NCBI RefSeq assembly: GCF_000315625.1
Contig: NW_005434636.1
Location: forward strand, 455,298 to 519,297
Reading direction: 5' to 3'
Length of the DNA: 64,000 bases
Origin: Guillardia theta CCMP2712
Lineage: Eukaryota; Protista; Cryptophyta
Part shown: piece after piece, positions 34,810 to 48,739 of the stretch
Layout of the letters: each line of letters opens with the position of its first letter
Numbering within the stretch: the stretch's first letter is position 1
The notes under the pieces: generated by a model
What the model was told of the DNA's origin: nothing
The model's input: the letters and a program-made list of their open reading frames with translations, nothing else
Database searches by the model: none
Made by a program: the position numbers and the translations under genes

Positions 34810-37800
34810 CTACTCGTTGGATCGCAACAATCCGTAGACGAGGACCACGAGCACCAGGACGGCAAGAATCGACAGCGCGTGTGTCCTCCACTTGGACTCC
34901 ACAGGCGCCAGCGTCTTGAAGCTGCTCGAACTTGTCACATACCAGCCCCTCTCATAGCTCCCTTCCCCATCCTCCCCTCTGCCCTCCCGCAACTCTTGAC
35001 TCTCGTCCTCCATGCCGTGCATGCATACCTCTGCTCTTCCGTGTATCGACTGGCGCTCCCTGACTTTGTCATGGCCTTGACTCTTGCTCGATACCTGCAG
35101 ACTGATCAGGCATCTCCATCCCTTCCTTCCTCTTTCCTCCCTCCTTTCTCCTCTCCCTCCTCCTTCCTCCCTTTTCCTCTATGCCTCCTCCTTCTCTACT
35201 TGCTCCCTTCTCACTCCTCCCTCCTCACATCTACATTCTCTCTCCATCAACGCCGCTCCCTTGAACCCCTCCATTCATACACATCATCCCGCTCTCCTCC
35301 CTCCTCGCCGACCTGCAGTTGTTCTTCAACTTCATCACGGTGAAGCTCGTGTCTGTTCCTGCAAGAAACATGAGGAGAACCTTTCTCGTCGTCCTTCTCC
35401 TCCTACCTGTATATACACATTCGAAAGATCCGCTTCCTTCCGCGATCTCAAGCTGAAATGTTTCTCGCTCCCTTCCCTCTCCACCGCCAGGCGTCCAGCT
35501 CAGCTTCAGGCTAGTCCTCGTCGCCTTCTCGAGCTTGAGATCAGCCGGCACAGGAGGAGGAAGCTCTCTGCCAGCCTCTCAGTGGAAGGAGGCAACCAGC
35601 AGCGTTACCTAGACTTCTTCTTCTCCTGGATGCTCTTGAGCTGCACCAACGTCGGAAGGCTCCACGCTCCCCTTCCCACGTCGTTCTCGGCCATGACGAA
35701 AAGGTTGTAGGAGCAGCCAGGAACCAAACTCGTCACATCCGTGCTGGTCCCTGCTGGCTTTCAGTCTCCTCCACCAGCATCCTCAAGGAAAAAAAGAAGG
35801 CACCTGATCCCACATAGAGCTCCTTAGCAGCCTCCTCTTCCTCCAAGGATTGGCTGTCTCTGTTGGCGCTGCCCAGCTCCTCGGCCACCAGCTTGAAGCA
35901 TCGGACCGGGGGGTTGGCATCCTTGCAAGGCAGCCAGCTGACGCGCACCTGCGATCCCTTCACAGACACTGCAGGAGGAGCATGTCACTTCCCTCCTTCT
36001 CCCTTGTTCCCTTTTACGCTCCTCTCCACCCTCTTCCCATTCCCCTCCCATCCCGGCCCCCCTCCTCTTTCATCTCCTTTCCTCTCTCTCCCTCCTCCCT
36101 CCTGCTTCCAGACCTGTCGGGGCCGCAAGACGAGGGGGTGGCTTCAGCTTCACAGGGGCCGCTTGCTGCTGAGGCGTCTTGGCAAACACTGAGGGAGCAG
36201 GGACCCCGGGCCCGATGACATTGTGGGCTACAAGGAAGATCTCGTACTGAGTGTCCGGCGCAGCCTTGACCTTGCAGCTCATAGCCGATCCCCTCCACGC
36301 CTCCTTGGCGCCGCCAGGGGACTGCTTCTTTCCCTTCCCAGCTCGATCGTCCGCCCTGTCATCCGCCAGCTCCGCTACCAGCACAGAGTAGGAGGTGACA
36401 GGACTCCCTCCCTCGAAGGCAGGGGGAGACCACTTGACCTGCGATCTCAGTCACAACAACGAAGCAGTACGAGGATCAACAGGGGGAGGGGAGGAAAGGA
36501 CGAAGAGATGCCAGTTGCAGTCCAGCATGTGTCCGGGGAAAGAGGCTGAAGCTGGGGAAGGAGGACAAGAGGAGGAAGAGAAGGGGATCCGGACCTTGAG
36601 AGAGCTGGTCGTGACTCCCGTGAGTGTCACTGCAAGTGGAGGCCCGGGAGGCACGGCATCAGTCGTGCCGATCGCGGGGATGCTGTACGGTCCTTGCCCA
36701 GCAGCGTTCTTCGCGCACACGCGGAATTTGTAGCTGGTCCCCGGCCTCAGGCCCATCACCTCGAAGCATCGCAGACTCCCCGTGTACATGGTCTGGAACC
36801 CCGCGCTTGCTTGTAAGGAGCTCACGACCTCGAGCATCTGTAGGCTGAACTCCTCCACATCTGCTCCGTTGGTCCGCACTGGCGGCTGCCAAGAGAGCAT
36901 GACGGACTGAGAGGTGACGCGGGTGATCTCGGGGCTTTCGGGGGCCGCCGGCGCTCCTGGATCGGAAGAAAACTTGAGAGGCTCGCTCCAGTCTCCGTTG
37001 CCAAAGCTATTCATGGCCAGAACCTGTACAAGGATAAGGAAACGTCTCGTGCTCCTTCCTCCCTCCTCTCCTCACCTTCACCACGTAGATGCTTCCCGGC
37101 GAGAGCGAGTCAACGGTGAGGGGAGAGCTCTCCGTCAGCACTTGTATGGGCTCCTGGCTCGAGCCCTTGAGATGAACATACACCTTGTACAACGTGATTG
37201 GACTTCCTCCGTCCTCCTCCGGAGCGTTCCAGTGAATCGTCGCCCTCCCCGCCCCGCAGGCCGACGCCTGTGAGATAGCTGGCCTACCTGGCGGTGTGCA
37301 TGGGGTGACAAAGGTAGCCGGCAGACTGCTTGGCCCAATCCCGTACATGTTGATCGCCGACACCGAAAGGGTGATGGCAGATCCGGGAGCCAACCCCTGG
37401 AACGAGAAGCAGATCGAGCTACCCTCGTGTACGAGCTCACGAGTGCAAGATCTCCCACCATCGTCAGAGACGATTCGCTCTACCCGAAAGCTGGTGACCG
37501 GAGCTCCGTTGCAGATGTCCGGGAGCGTCCAACCTACGGTGAGCTTACCTACCTCGTTCTGCAGCACGAAGGGAGGAGGGGGAGGGCCAGGAGGAGCCCC
37601 TGCCGTGGAGATGCATGTTGAAGGGGACGGGGCGCTGGTGCCGAGAGCAGAGATGGCAACGACACAGAATTCGTACACGCAGGCAGGGAAGAGCCTCCCG
37701 ACCTCACAGACCAGCTCTGGGCCATTGTAGACGATCTCGAAGTAGCCCATGGGCATCCCGTCAAGGATCCTCCTCATTGCCACCTGATAGAGCTGTACGG

Positions 37801-39393
37801 CCGAGCCGTTGTCCTTCATGGGAGGAGTCCAAGTCAGAGTCATGCCATGTGCGGTCAGGTTGCCGGCCAGTTGGACGGGACCAGGGGGGCTCGGAGCTCC
37901 ACACACCCCGGACGCCTCCATCACGTTCGAGAATTGAGAACACCCGACAGCGTTAAATGCACGAACTCGAAACCTGTACTTCCGTCCACACACAACCGGC
38001 TTCATCAGGAACTGCTTCTCGGGCCCATTGTATTGGACGGTGAACTGAGGGGTTTCCTCTAAGGTTTCATCGACTTCCAGACTGTACCGGTTGATTGTAG
38101 TGCCCCCGTCGTCTTCCGGTGGTTGCCATGCAATCAACATCCATTCCAAGCCCACCTGGGAGACATATGGAGGAGGAGGCTGCATCGGAACGGTAGCTGA
38201 TGTGACGACACAAACCCAAGGGCTGGGCTGGCTTGCTCCATACCTATTGAACGCCCTGACTCTGGTCTGATAAGCTGTTCCCGGCTTCAAAGACTTCACT
38301 TCACACTTACAGTCTGGACTCTTGTGGACAAGCATGGCACTTCCCCATGGCACGAAAGTGTCATCGTCATCAGCACCGTCTCCCTCTAACGCTCGAAGTT
38401 CAACTTCGTACAAGTTAACAGGCGACCCTCTGGCTTCAGGAGGGGTCCATTTCAACTTTAGATGGTTTTTGCCTTTGCCGGAGACGGACGGAGCCTCTGG
38501 TCGACTCGGAGTTGTACCCGGTGACTCAATCTCGATCCCTTGGCCCTCTACGACCTTCCATTTGTTCGTTTTGATGCAGGCCACTGCTTTGTAATTGACT
38601 GCAAACCGAAAGTTTGTTACCTCTGTCTGGAACATGAGATGACCGTCAGCTGTCTTCTCGCAGCAAGCTCCTTGGCAGACAATTGTCTCTGAGTTCTTTG
38701 CCGAGCACTCAGTGAGAGCCAGGTATGTGTCAAGGGTATGACAATCCTCCGCTTGTTTCTGCTCTGCCTCTTGAACTGCCTTGACTGTTTCAGCTTGTAC
38801 TTTCCACTGAAATACAAGCCGTTCGGCGGAGGATGAGACCATTTCTGGCGAGGATGGTGGAGGAGGAGGCGCAACAGGAGCTTGAGCAAGGGCTGGAGCA
38901 AGGGCTGGAGCGACCTTCTCCTGCTTTACGACTTCTGCCGTCGAACCATTTGCTCGACTTTTGATCTTTCCATCATTCGATTCAAAAGCTTTCTCCTTCT
39001 CCATCATGTGATTTTCTTTCTCAGTGTCTGTGATGAAGCTCTCTGCATCCCGTCCCTTGTTCAATTCGCCACTCTGCTTAGGCGTCTCCTTCGGTGCGCA
39101 AAGGAACCCCTTCTTCATCCCTACAAGAGTTCACGGGTCGAGGGCTATGCGGGGACGGCCCAGAAAGCTGCTCAGAGGTCTCCCCAATGTCGATCCCTGC
39201 CTTGCTTTCCTCTTCGAGATGATCCTCCAGTTTCCTGAACGTCCGCACTTGTCGCGATTCTCAGCTGCAATGCAGCCCCACCTGATCCAGCTCGAACTCA
39301 CCCCTCCTTCTCTCTATCAGCGCTCTCTCACAACTCGCGCTCTTCCTCCTCCTCTTCTTCCCTTCTGCCGCTCCCCTACGGTTGTTGTGCCAT
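34810..39393 (-). CDS. Fibronectin type III repeat protein with C-terminal TM anchor (FNDC3-like architecture)
   Basis: Many FN3 repeats (LKWTPPEARGSPVNLYEVE, LKPGTAYQTRVRAFNRYGAS, WQPPEDDGG, YKFRVCAKNAAGQG). Ends HALSILAVLVLVVLVYGLLRSNE*. Start is approximate. Confidence 0.85.
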
Positions 39394-39476
39394 GATCCTG
39401 TGCTCTCAAAATGTGCCAGCGAACCACTCACGCTGTCGCTCAACAAACCACCCACCCCATTCCCCACATATAAATC

Positions 39477-39527
39477 ACTTAAGTAAGAAAATATTCTATG
39501 GATGGGTAATATATTTCTTACTTAAGT
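39477..39527. repeat. AT-rich inverted repeat with 14-bp perfect arms
   Basis: acttaagtaagaaa (39477-90) pairs with tttcttacttaagt (39514-27), plus an inner atatt/aatat. Confidence 0.85.
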
Positions 39528-40261
39528 AAACTTTTCTTAGCAATCATCTACTTACTTCCACCAGACCAGCCAACTTGCCTACCCGACTCAAGAGGTGCCC
39601 CACCCTACCCCGTAAGATGTGTGAATTTATGCCTGTCGCATTAAATTACCCCTACTTTTACCTTTCTGAGTACCCCCTTTTAGTACCCTACCCAGAAAGG
39701 GAAGAATAAAACACAATGAGACCACCGTCAGTTCCGATGCGAGCCCGCGCCAGTTTCGGAGCTCTCGGAGGGTAATGAGGGGGTGGGTGGAGATCGAGAA
39801 AGTGGGTAGGGGTAATACAAATCGGGGTACCATCTGTAGGGGTTGATGAAACCAATACAAAATACACGGACAAAAACAGTCCAAATTGGGGGTAGTAAAT
39901 ATCATCGAGGGGTTACAGATGTACGATTGGGGGTCATATGTAAAACGGGTGGGTGCAGGAACTCGGGGTGGAGGAGCCAAAAGCCGCGGCAAGGGGAATG
40001 GCATGAAGAAAATTTCGAGTTGTAGGAGGGAAGGAAGGAATGGTTAACAAGGAAAACACAGATATGTAGTAGGTCACAAGTTGAGCGTGATGATGGTGAA
40101 ACGAGGAGATCAAAAAGGCGGCGAGAAGGAGGACGGTTTCTGGATATGAGAGAGGGATCTGTTCAGGAGCGTCAAATTCTGCGAGAGTACGTCGGAGCTC
40201 GAGTGCTGCATTGATCGTGAAGAATCTCTTCACGAGGTGCTTCATAAGAGTTGGCATTCTT

Positions 40262-43200
40262 ATGTTCCCAGAAGTCGGATGTGTGAAATCTGAAAAACCA
40301 TGGGGTCGTTGTTGTGGTATGTATCTTGAGTTGCGAAGCAGTGCTGTGAGAGCAATCCTTAGTCAAGTTAGGTCCATTGCCAGCCATGCAGTTGCAACAT
40401 TCCTGAAAGAGCAGGATTTTTGATCTCATTCTGCCTCATAGACGAGTGAATGATTTGATTTGACATTCTTCTGCAGAAGAATCCTCACCGATTCTCCTTG
40501 GATTTGTGGCCAGTTCGGTTGCCGACATGACTGTTGGTGATTTCAACGAGCAAGTTGAGTACAGCGTCTTCTCCAACAATCCCAGGAGACCATCAGGTGT
40601 GTATCGGCTCGCCTCAAAATCTGACCATCGTTCGCGCTATACCTACATGTTGCTTGCCGCCTTGTGTGACGCTGGTTCGGAGCAGATTTCCGATGTGAGC
40701 TTTCGAAGAGTGGTCCCTGGTATGTTTTGTCTTTGGGTCTTGCACTGCTCGCATAATCATACGGTTGCAAAGGCATGCATATGTTCTGCTGAGGGCCGAA
40801 GCCTGGGTCTCACACACCCTCAAGAACGACGAGAAGAAATGTGGCATCAGGGCGGTCATAACCAAAACAGGTCGGACTTTTGCGAGGGCCGAATTCATGG
40901 TCTGAACCCGTGTGTGTGTGTGTGTAGAAACGAGAGGCCCATACACCAGGCCGTTTACTGTGTATTTTGTGCACACGAAAACCGCCTTCAAGGTCAAGAG
41001 TGTCTGCAAAAGTAGGAAACCATTGTTCACTCGAGACAGCAAATTTCTCATGCATGCTACACAGGGTTTTCAGACTTTAAAGAATTAGATGCTCAACTCA
41101 AACGAAAATTTTCTTCATTTAATATTCAATTTCCTCCGGATAAGGTTTCTGTTTGATGCAAATTCACCCTCATGGATTAAAAGCTCTGCGTTTGCAGCTC
41201 TTTAATTCAATGACACCAGAGTTTGTGAGTGATCGCAGGAAACAGCTCCAGACGTACCTCGGTAGGAATGTTTTTGCATGTATATCTCTAACATCATTAT
41301 AGATGAAGCTATGGCGGTCCCAGAAATTGCTACGTGTCGTGAGCTTCATGAATTTCTGGGAATTGGAGGCAAACATTTTTTTTCCTGGTAGTGGTACTAC
41401 ATGCTGATGTCTTTACAGAGTACAACGAAGATGTGAAGAGAGAACAAATCGAGCAAGAAAGGCGTGAGAGGAAGAAGATGCACAAGCCTGAGGATGATAA
41501 ACCCGAGACATATCTGAAGGCAAGAATTTTCAACTCACTTTTTTGTCAAAATTGATAACAATCGGTTAGATGATAGAGAAAGCTAAATTAGATGGAGACA
41601 GAGTTGCTGAAGCGCAAGGATTCAATTCACTAGGGCTTTTGTACTGCGAAAGTGGGCTGGAGTCAGAGGGTCTTCAATGCCTCGAGACAGCACTTGATCT
41701 TTGCAGATCGGTCGACCATAAGGAAGGCATGGTTGTTGCTTTGAGCAACTTAGGATGCTTGTACAATCTTCTGGAGAGCTCAGAGCATGCAATTAAGTAC
41801 TTTCAAGAATGCTACGACTTGCTCGAAGGCGATCCCATCGGGCAGGGAGAGGCTCAGATGAAGCTGAGCCTTACTTGTGCAGCCAACGGAGACAACTATG
41901 AAGCAATTGAACATTGTTTACAATGTTTGAAAATCTGCAGACAGCTGAAGGACTGGAATCGAGAAGCGTCTTGCCTGTTCACCTTGGGTAGTATTTACTA
42001 TGAAGCTGGAGAAGTGCGACAGGCTGTCGAAGCTTTCGAGCAATGTTTGGTGTTGCGCAGAAAAACTCGCGACAAGATTGGCTTGGCGGAGGCTCTTAAC
42101 AAGCTAGGCTTGACATATTGTGACATAGGATATGACCTTCGTGCGATGGACTACTTCGAGCAGAGTCTTGTCATCTGTGAAGACAACGCAGACTTGCATG
42201 GCCAGGCAGTCTGCTTGCAACATCTGGGCAATGTCTTCAAGATGCAAAAGGACAACCAGCTTGCCATTGATTTCTTTGAACGATGTTTGGCAGTCCGTCA
42301 GAAGGTGAATGATCCCAGGGGAATAGCTGATTGCTATGATAGTCTGGGGTTGGTCTATTTTGACATTGGGGATGTCGATGCAGCAATACAGCAGTATGAT
42401 CGAAGTTTGACACTTCGACGGGACACTGCTGATGTTCTTGGAGAGTGTGAATGCTACAAATGTCTAGGAAATTGCTACATGCGAGCTGAAGATATGGAAA
42501 AGGCTGTCTTGTCTTACGAAAGATGCTTGGAGATACAAAGGCAATTCAGTGAAAGTGGGCTCGTAGACACTTTAATCAGCCTGGGATTGGCTCATTTCCA
42601 CAACTCAAACCATGATGTTGCAATCAAGTGCTTGGAGGATGCATTGGACATGTTTCAGCACCTCCCCCCTGAAGATGCCAGTGCCCACTCGGGTAAGGCG
42701 GTTTGTCTGGATCACCTCGGCAATGTATACAGCAGCATAGGAAAGCCTGAGAAGGCTGTCACGTTCTACACGATGAGTCTGCGGGTCAAGAAAGACATTG
42801 GAGATATGACCGGGGAAGCACGTTGCCTCGTACGGATCGGTCTGGAATTTCTGGTGTTGGATCAGTTGAATCGAGCCTTCGAGGCCTTCACGGAAGCCCT
42901 CCACATGTTCGAACGCTTGGAGGATGACAACGGCATCTCCATTTGCTACGAAAACCTCGGCGACACATATATGAAGATGGGTGAAAAACGACAAGCTATC
43001 TTCTCCTATGATCGCTGTCTTCCAATCAAGGTAAGATTTTAGTTTGTGGATTGCAGTGACTGAGATGTATTGGAAGGTTGAGACTTGGGACAAAGTTGGA
43101 GAGGCACAGTGTCTTGACAATCTTGGCTTGGCACATCTTGCTGCCGGTGAGTGGAGACTTGCGGCAGAATATTACGAGCAGAGCTTGGCCATTTGGAAAG

Positions 43201-46200
43201 CTGAAGGAAACAAAGCTGCGATGATGCAGTGTTACGAGAACCTCGGAGGAGTGGACTTCCAACTTGGCGAACATATGCGTTCTATTGAATGCTACGTGCA
43301 ACATCTCACTCTTTCGCAAGAGATTGGCGACGGTGCAGCAGATCACGAAATTCTACTTCGTCTTGGTCTGTCCAACGCAGCCATCGGCGAGTATCAAGTC
43401 GCTTTGCAGTTCCTCCAGCAAGCGATGTCCTTTTACCAGGAACTTCGCGACGTCTCGAATCGAGCTCTGTGCCTGCAGCATATTGGAAGTGTGCAGGGGA
43501 AGATGGGGCTTCACGATGATGGAATGGCGTCTTTGAAGCAATCTTTTGACCTTCGTACTCAAATCCAAGACAAGCTTGGGATTGCCGACTGTCTTCAGGA
43601 GATGGGCTTGTTGTTTTTCAATATCAATGACTTTGCAAATGCCAAGGCGCGGTTTGAGGTGAGCCTATGAATGTGTTTGAGATATTATGTAAGAACTTTG
43701 CAGGCTGCGCAGCGTCTTTTAACGGAGACCAACGACAAGTCATCCATTTCGACGTGCACCATGCACATCGGCGCATGTTTTGCTGCATTGGGGGATATCA
43801 AGGAGGCAAAACAACACTTTCAAACAGCATTGATGGCTGTAAGATTTTCTGTTGTAATCAACACAAAAATAATTCGTCCACAGGATCCAAGCTTCAATTG
43901 GGCTGGAAAAATTGACTGCTTGAATCATCTCGGCTGTGTCCAAACGAAACTTGGCGAACAGCAAGCGATCAAGACCTTCAGTCTTGCTTTGAGCAATTTG
44001 CGTGATAAAGGAAATCGAGTTGGAGAAGCAGGTGACTTCCTTCACTGAGGTTGAAATAGTTTCTGAGAGAAGCTGCAGGAATGCTGATGCAGCTTGGACA
44101 AGCTTACGCGAAGTTGAACGATTTTCCGCTTGCATTGGAGAACCTGGAACAGTGTCTGGAAGTTCGAAAGTCTTTGAATGACAAGAGGGGACAAGCTGAC
44201 GCCCTGATGAAGCTTATTTTCATCCACAGGTACTTTTAGAGCATGTTACACTCCCCCATTGAATTGTTTGTCTACAGCATGCTCAGAAATTTCAAGCGAG
44301 CGAGAGACGCCTTCGAGGAATGCATGGCATTGAGATCAGAACTCAATGATCAAGCTGGACAGGCGGAGCTCCTTAACCTTCGTGCTCTGCTGGCAGCACA
44401 AGAGGGAAAGATCCAGGAAGGGGTGAAGCTGTATCACGAAAACTTGATGAAGCTTAAGAACGAAGGCAATTCGGCTGCGATTGCGAAGAATCTCAATAAC
44501 CTTGGAGTGTGTATGAGCTTCTGGCAAGATTACAACAACGCCATCTCACACCTGCAAGAGAGTTTAAAACAGATGAAAGGTTTGTCTGAGCCTGAGAGCG
44601 AAGCCAAAACTTTGATCAACATTGGCACATGCTATACGGAACAAAAAAATTACGACATTGCTATGGAGTGTTACGAGAAGGCCTTTGTACTTTGCAGAAC
44701 AAACGTCGAGTCTGCTAACAAGGCAACTTGCTACTTGAACATGGGGACTGTGTTTCTATACAAAAACGAATACGAGAAATCAAAGGAAGCTTTTGAAACT
44801 GCAATGCGTTACCTGAATGAGTTCAGTGATAAAAGGATGGAGGCAAGGTATGTAATAAAATGCGTACTTTGTGCTGTACTGATTTCGTTTTTTTTGCTCT
44901 CAGGTGCAGGAAAAACATTGGTATTCTCCAATTTCGAAACTACGAAACAAAGGAGGCGATCAACTCTTTCTCACTTGCTCTTACTGGCTTCAGAGAGAGT
45001 GGAGACAAACATGCTGCCTTGGAATGCCTTCAGAGCCTGAAAGTGGCCTACATTCGGTTGGGTGACGCCTTCCAGGCGGTCCAGACAGTGCATGCGATGC
45101 AGGAGACCTTCCCAGTAGTGGAGGTGCACGACATGGCAGAGGATATTTCTGCAGAAGTTCACGCTGCCCGTGGAAAGAAGGACAGAGGTGCTGAGGCGCG
45201 AGCGCTGGTGCAGCTGGCGGACGCTCAACGGGAGCTGGATGTGTCGAAGACTCTTAACAACCTGAGGACAGCATACGTGATTTTTACTAGCCTCAGTGAC
45301 AAGGAAGGGCAAGCGCGCTGTGTAACGAAACTTGCTGCCATTAAACTGACCCAAGGAGACGTTGAGGCCGCTCTCCAGAGCTACAAACAGGCGGGAAGTA
45401 TCCTGGGCGATGTCTGGCGTGAGGGATCGATAACCAGAGTCGAGCTAGGTGCGGATGTGACTGCAGGGCTGGGGACATGCTACATGTTGCAAGAGCGATA
45501 TGAAGAAGCTTCTCAGCTCTTGGCACGTGCTTTGCAGCTGTATGGAGAGCTTGGAGACGATGGAGGAAGCTTCGATATCTGCAATCAGTTGGCGATGTGT
45601 TACGCTCGACTTGGGGACACCGCACGGTGTACCGAATACCTCAGAAGAGGAATTGGAGGAGATCTGGTGGGCGATAAGGAGAATCCAGGGAAGGTAGCCA
45701 GTGCGGTGGGCATCATCGCATCTTTGTTCAAGGTAAGAGATGAACTTCGCCTTTATCGCTCAGTCTGAGTTGGAATTTTCACACGCTGACTTGTGGTGTT
45801 GAAAGGTTTGGAAGCATGAAGATGCCTTGAAGATCATCGCTCTTTACGAAGGCAATCTGGCAACCTTGAAGAATCAGAACGACAAGATGGAGGAGGTAAT
45901 AGTTGCTAATTCTCCTGCGAACTCCTCGTGTTTTCACTTAGGCTGCAGGCGAACTGTCATTGGCTTCTTGGGAACGCTTACTCCGTCATTGACCAGCTCC
46001 AACAAGCATACGACAGCTACAGCGTCTGTTATCAGTTGAGGCTCCTGCTTGGGGATGAGAAGGGCATGCAAGACGCTCTGAGGAAGAAGGGACTGACAGC
46101 TTTTCTCTGCGGCAACGCAAGAGCAGCTGAACGAGATCTAAACCAATTCCTCTCAGTCTCTCTTCAGTCGTCTTCCACGAGTGGCCAATCTCCCTCTGAA

Positions 46201-48670
46201 CTTTGCGAGCTCATGTGCACTTTGAGCTCGGCATACCTGAGGCTTGGAAGCCCTTCAAGTGCTGCTGGCGTGCTGCTTAATGCAATCAAGGAAGCGAGAG
46301 GGTACGATGACGTGGAGAGTGAAATCATGGTGATCAAGTCGTTCGGCTCGCTGTATCGGGATCTTTGGATGTCGAACCGTGCGATCGAACACTTTCAGCA
46401 GGCTTATAAGATGTGCTCTGAGATCCAAGACAGCAGGGGAGAAGCAAAGTGTCTCCTCGAAATGGGCAAGATCCACTACCGTAAGGGCAACACGCAGGCA
46501 GCCATCCAATGCATGGAGGACGCGCTGAGCATATCGCGGAATCAGACGCAGGACAGCAGCGTTGCAAGTTGTCTCATGGCCATCGGAGAAGTGCATTACG
46601 CGCAGGGAGACTTTGTGCAAACAAGGGCTCACTTCAGCCAGGCATGCCAGATTTGCAAGGAGCACTTGGACCCCCTAGGGAGGCCACAGGTCTCGCTGGT
46701 CTCTCGCTCGCCACTATGAAGCTCGGAGATTCCTACGGGGCGATAGATCAGCTGCTAGAGGCCCTCAACATCAGAAAGACTCTTGGAGACTCCAAGGCTG
46801 AAGCTGACTGCCTCCGAGAGCTTGCTAACGCCTATGCTGTACGCTATTCAATCCATCATCCTCTTCGTTTCTTTCTTGATCCCTTCCTTCCTTCAACTTC
46901 TTCTCTTTCTCCTCACTACAATCGCAGGCGATCGGAAAGCTGGGTCCTGCCAGACAGTCCTGTGAAGCAGCCTTTCAGCTGGCGGTTCAGAATGCTGATT
47001 TGCGGCAACGAGCGCAAGCTGAAGTTTTGCTGGGCACCATTCTGATCAAGGCAGGAGAGACCGAAGGAGCCATCAATCAGCTGGAGCAGGCGAAAGAGTT
47101 TCTGGCCAAGAGCATCGAGTTCGAGAACAACAGTATCTTCTTGGACCCGCACGAGCTCTCACAGGCTCTCTCAGAGCTTGCGCATGTACCGTGCGCTTCC
47201 GTTGTTGTTCAAGCTCAATGTTCTGCAGGGCTACGAGCTGGTTGGCAAGTGGGAGCGATCTGTTGACTGCCTTCAACAAGCAGAAAAAATTAGCATCTCC
47301 GTTGGCGACGCTGCGGCTCTTGCGACCTATCAGGCGAACTTGGGCCTGGTTCTGGGACTGCATTCTCAGGTGAATGTCGGATGGGGGTGAAGGGAGTGCA
47401 GTGCGAGTGACAAGGGCTGGTGGGCAGCTGCAGGAGGCGTCGCTCAAGCTGAAGGCTTCGCTCGAGGTCATGTGGTCGCCGTTACCTCAACCATTTTCTC
47501 ACATCGACTGCAGGGGAGGAAGAAGCACGGAAACCGCCTGGGAGTGGCTGAGTGCCTTCTGTCAGAGGTGGGAGGGCATCGGTGGTGGTGGGACGTGGGG
47601 CCTGGGGGTTGTTGAAAGAGTTTACGAGGAGCACTGAAGCAACAGCAGGGCATCATCGAGTACAAGCAAGGGAATGCGAAGGAGGGAATGACGAAGCTGA
47701 ACCAAGCTCTGACACACTTCAAGGTACCATGCCGATGTTCAGCGATGCTTCTCTAAAACTTTTCTTGCCTTGCCCTTGTACCTCCTCGTGAGAACAGGAG
47801 TTGCAAGACAAGCGCGCCATGGCCAACGTGTATATGCACCTGGGGATCGCATCGGGTGCTTCGCAGCAGGGGATCGTTCACTTGGAGTCCGCGCTGCTGA
47901 TCCACCGGGAGGTCAACGACCTGATAGGCGAGGCCGACGTCCTCAAGAGCATGGCTATCCTTCACGCCCGCCTCAGCAGCTCGGACGCGGCCTGCAAGGC
48001 CTGGCAGGTGAGCTAGAGCTGGGGTGCCTCCAGCGGGTGACGGTCAGCAGGATTGCCTGAACCTCCAGCGAGAGATCGGAAACCTTGCGGGAGTGAAGCT
48101 CAGCCTTTTGAGCCTCTGCTTCGAGCTCGACGGGGCCAACAAGCTGCACGACCTGCAGGTCTACTCGGGAGAACTCGAGGAGGTGACAGTGTGCCCCTTC
48201 CTGCTGCTTCCTGACAGGCTGGTACAGGTGGCGCGGAAGAGCAACGACATCGACGCTCTTGCAGCCTCGCAGTTCTTCAAGGCCCGATGCATGCGAGCAG
48301 AAACAGGTGGCGACCGACACAACAGGGCCATCGCGATGACGCAAACAGCGCTCGACCTGTGCCGGAAGAATCCTAACTCGCAGCAGTCGATAGAGATCGC
48401 AGCTGAGTGCTGCAAGTTCATGTCTGAGAACTTCAACAGCATGGGACGCGAAGGTGTTTGTCGATCCCATTGCTTCCCTTCCTCCTTCCTACCCCGCCCG
48501 TCTTCGTCTATCCTCATCTTCCTTGCAGCGTGATTCACCTTGCCCTCCCTTACATCCTCTCGAGTCCTTGCACTCCTTCCCTGCGCAGATGCTGACGTTT
48601 GGAAACAGCCGACGCGTTGCAGGCCAAGAAGGAGGAGGCAAGTTACCGGGAGCGGCTTAGGAAGCAGTGA
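40262..48670 (+). CDS. Very large PX-domain + TPR-repeat protein (multi-exon)
   Basis: PX-like exons (FTVYFVHTK, FSDFKELDAQLKRKFSSFNIQFPPDK, EFVSDRRKQLQTYL, ELHEFLGI) followed by dozens of TPR_12-type repeats (A..LNNLG..Y...G....A...YEQSL). Start is approximate. Confidence 0.85.
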
Positions 48671-48739
48671 AGCTCTCAGTTTTAGACTGTAAATTTACCA
48701 TGAAAACCTACTGGCAGAGATAGGAGCAGCGAACGCGCT

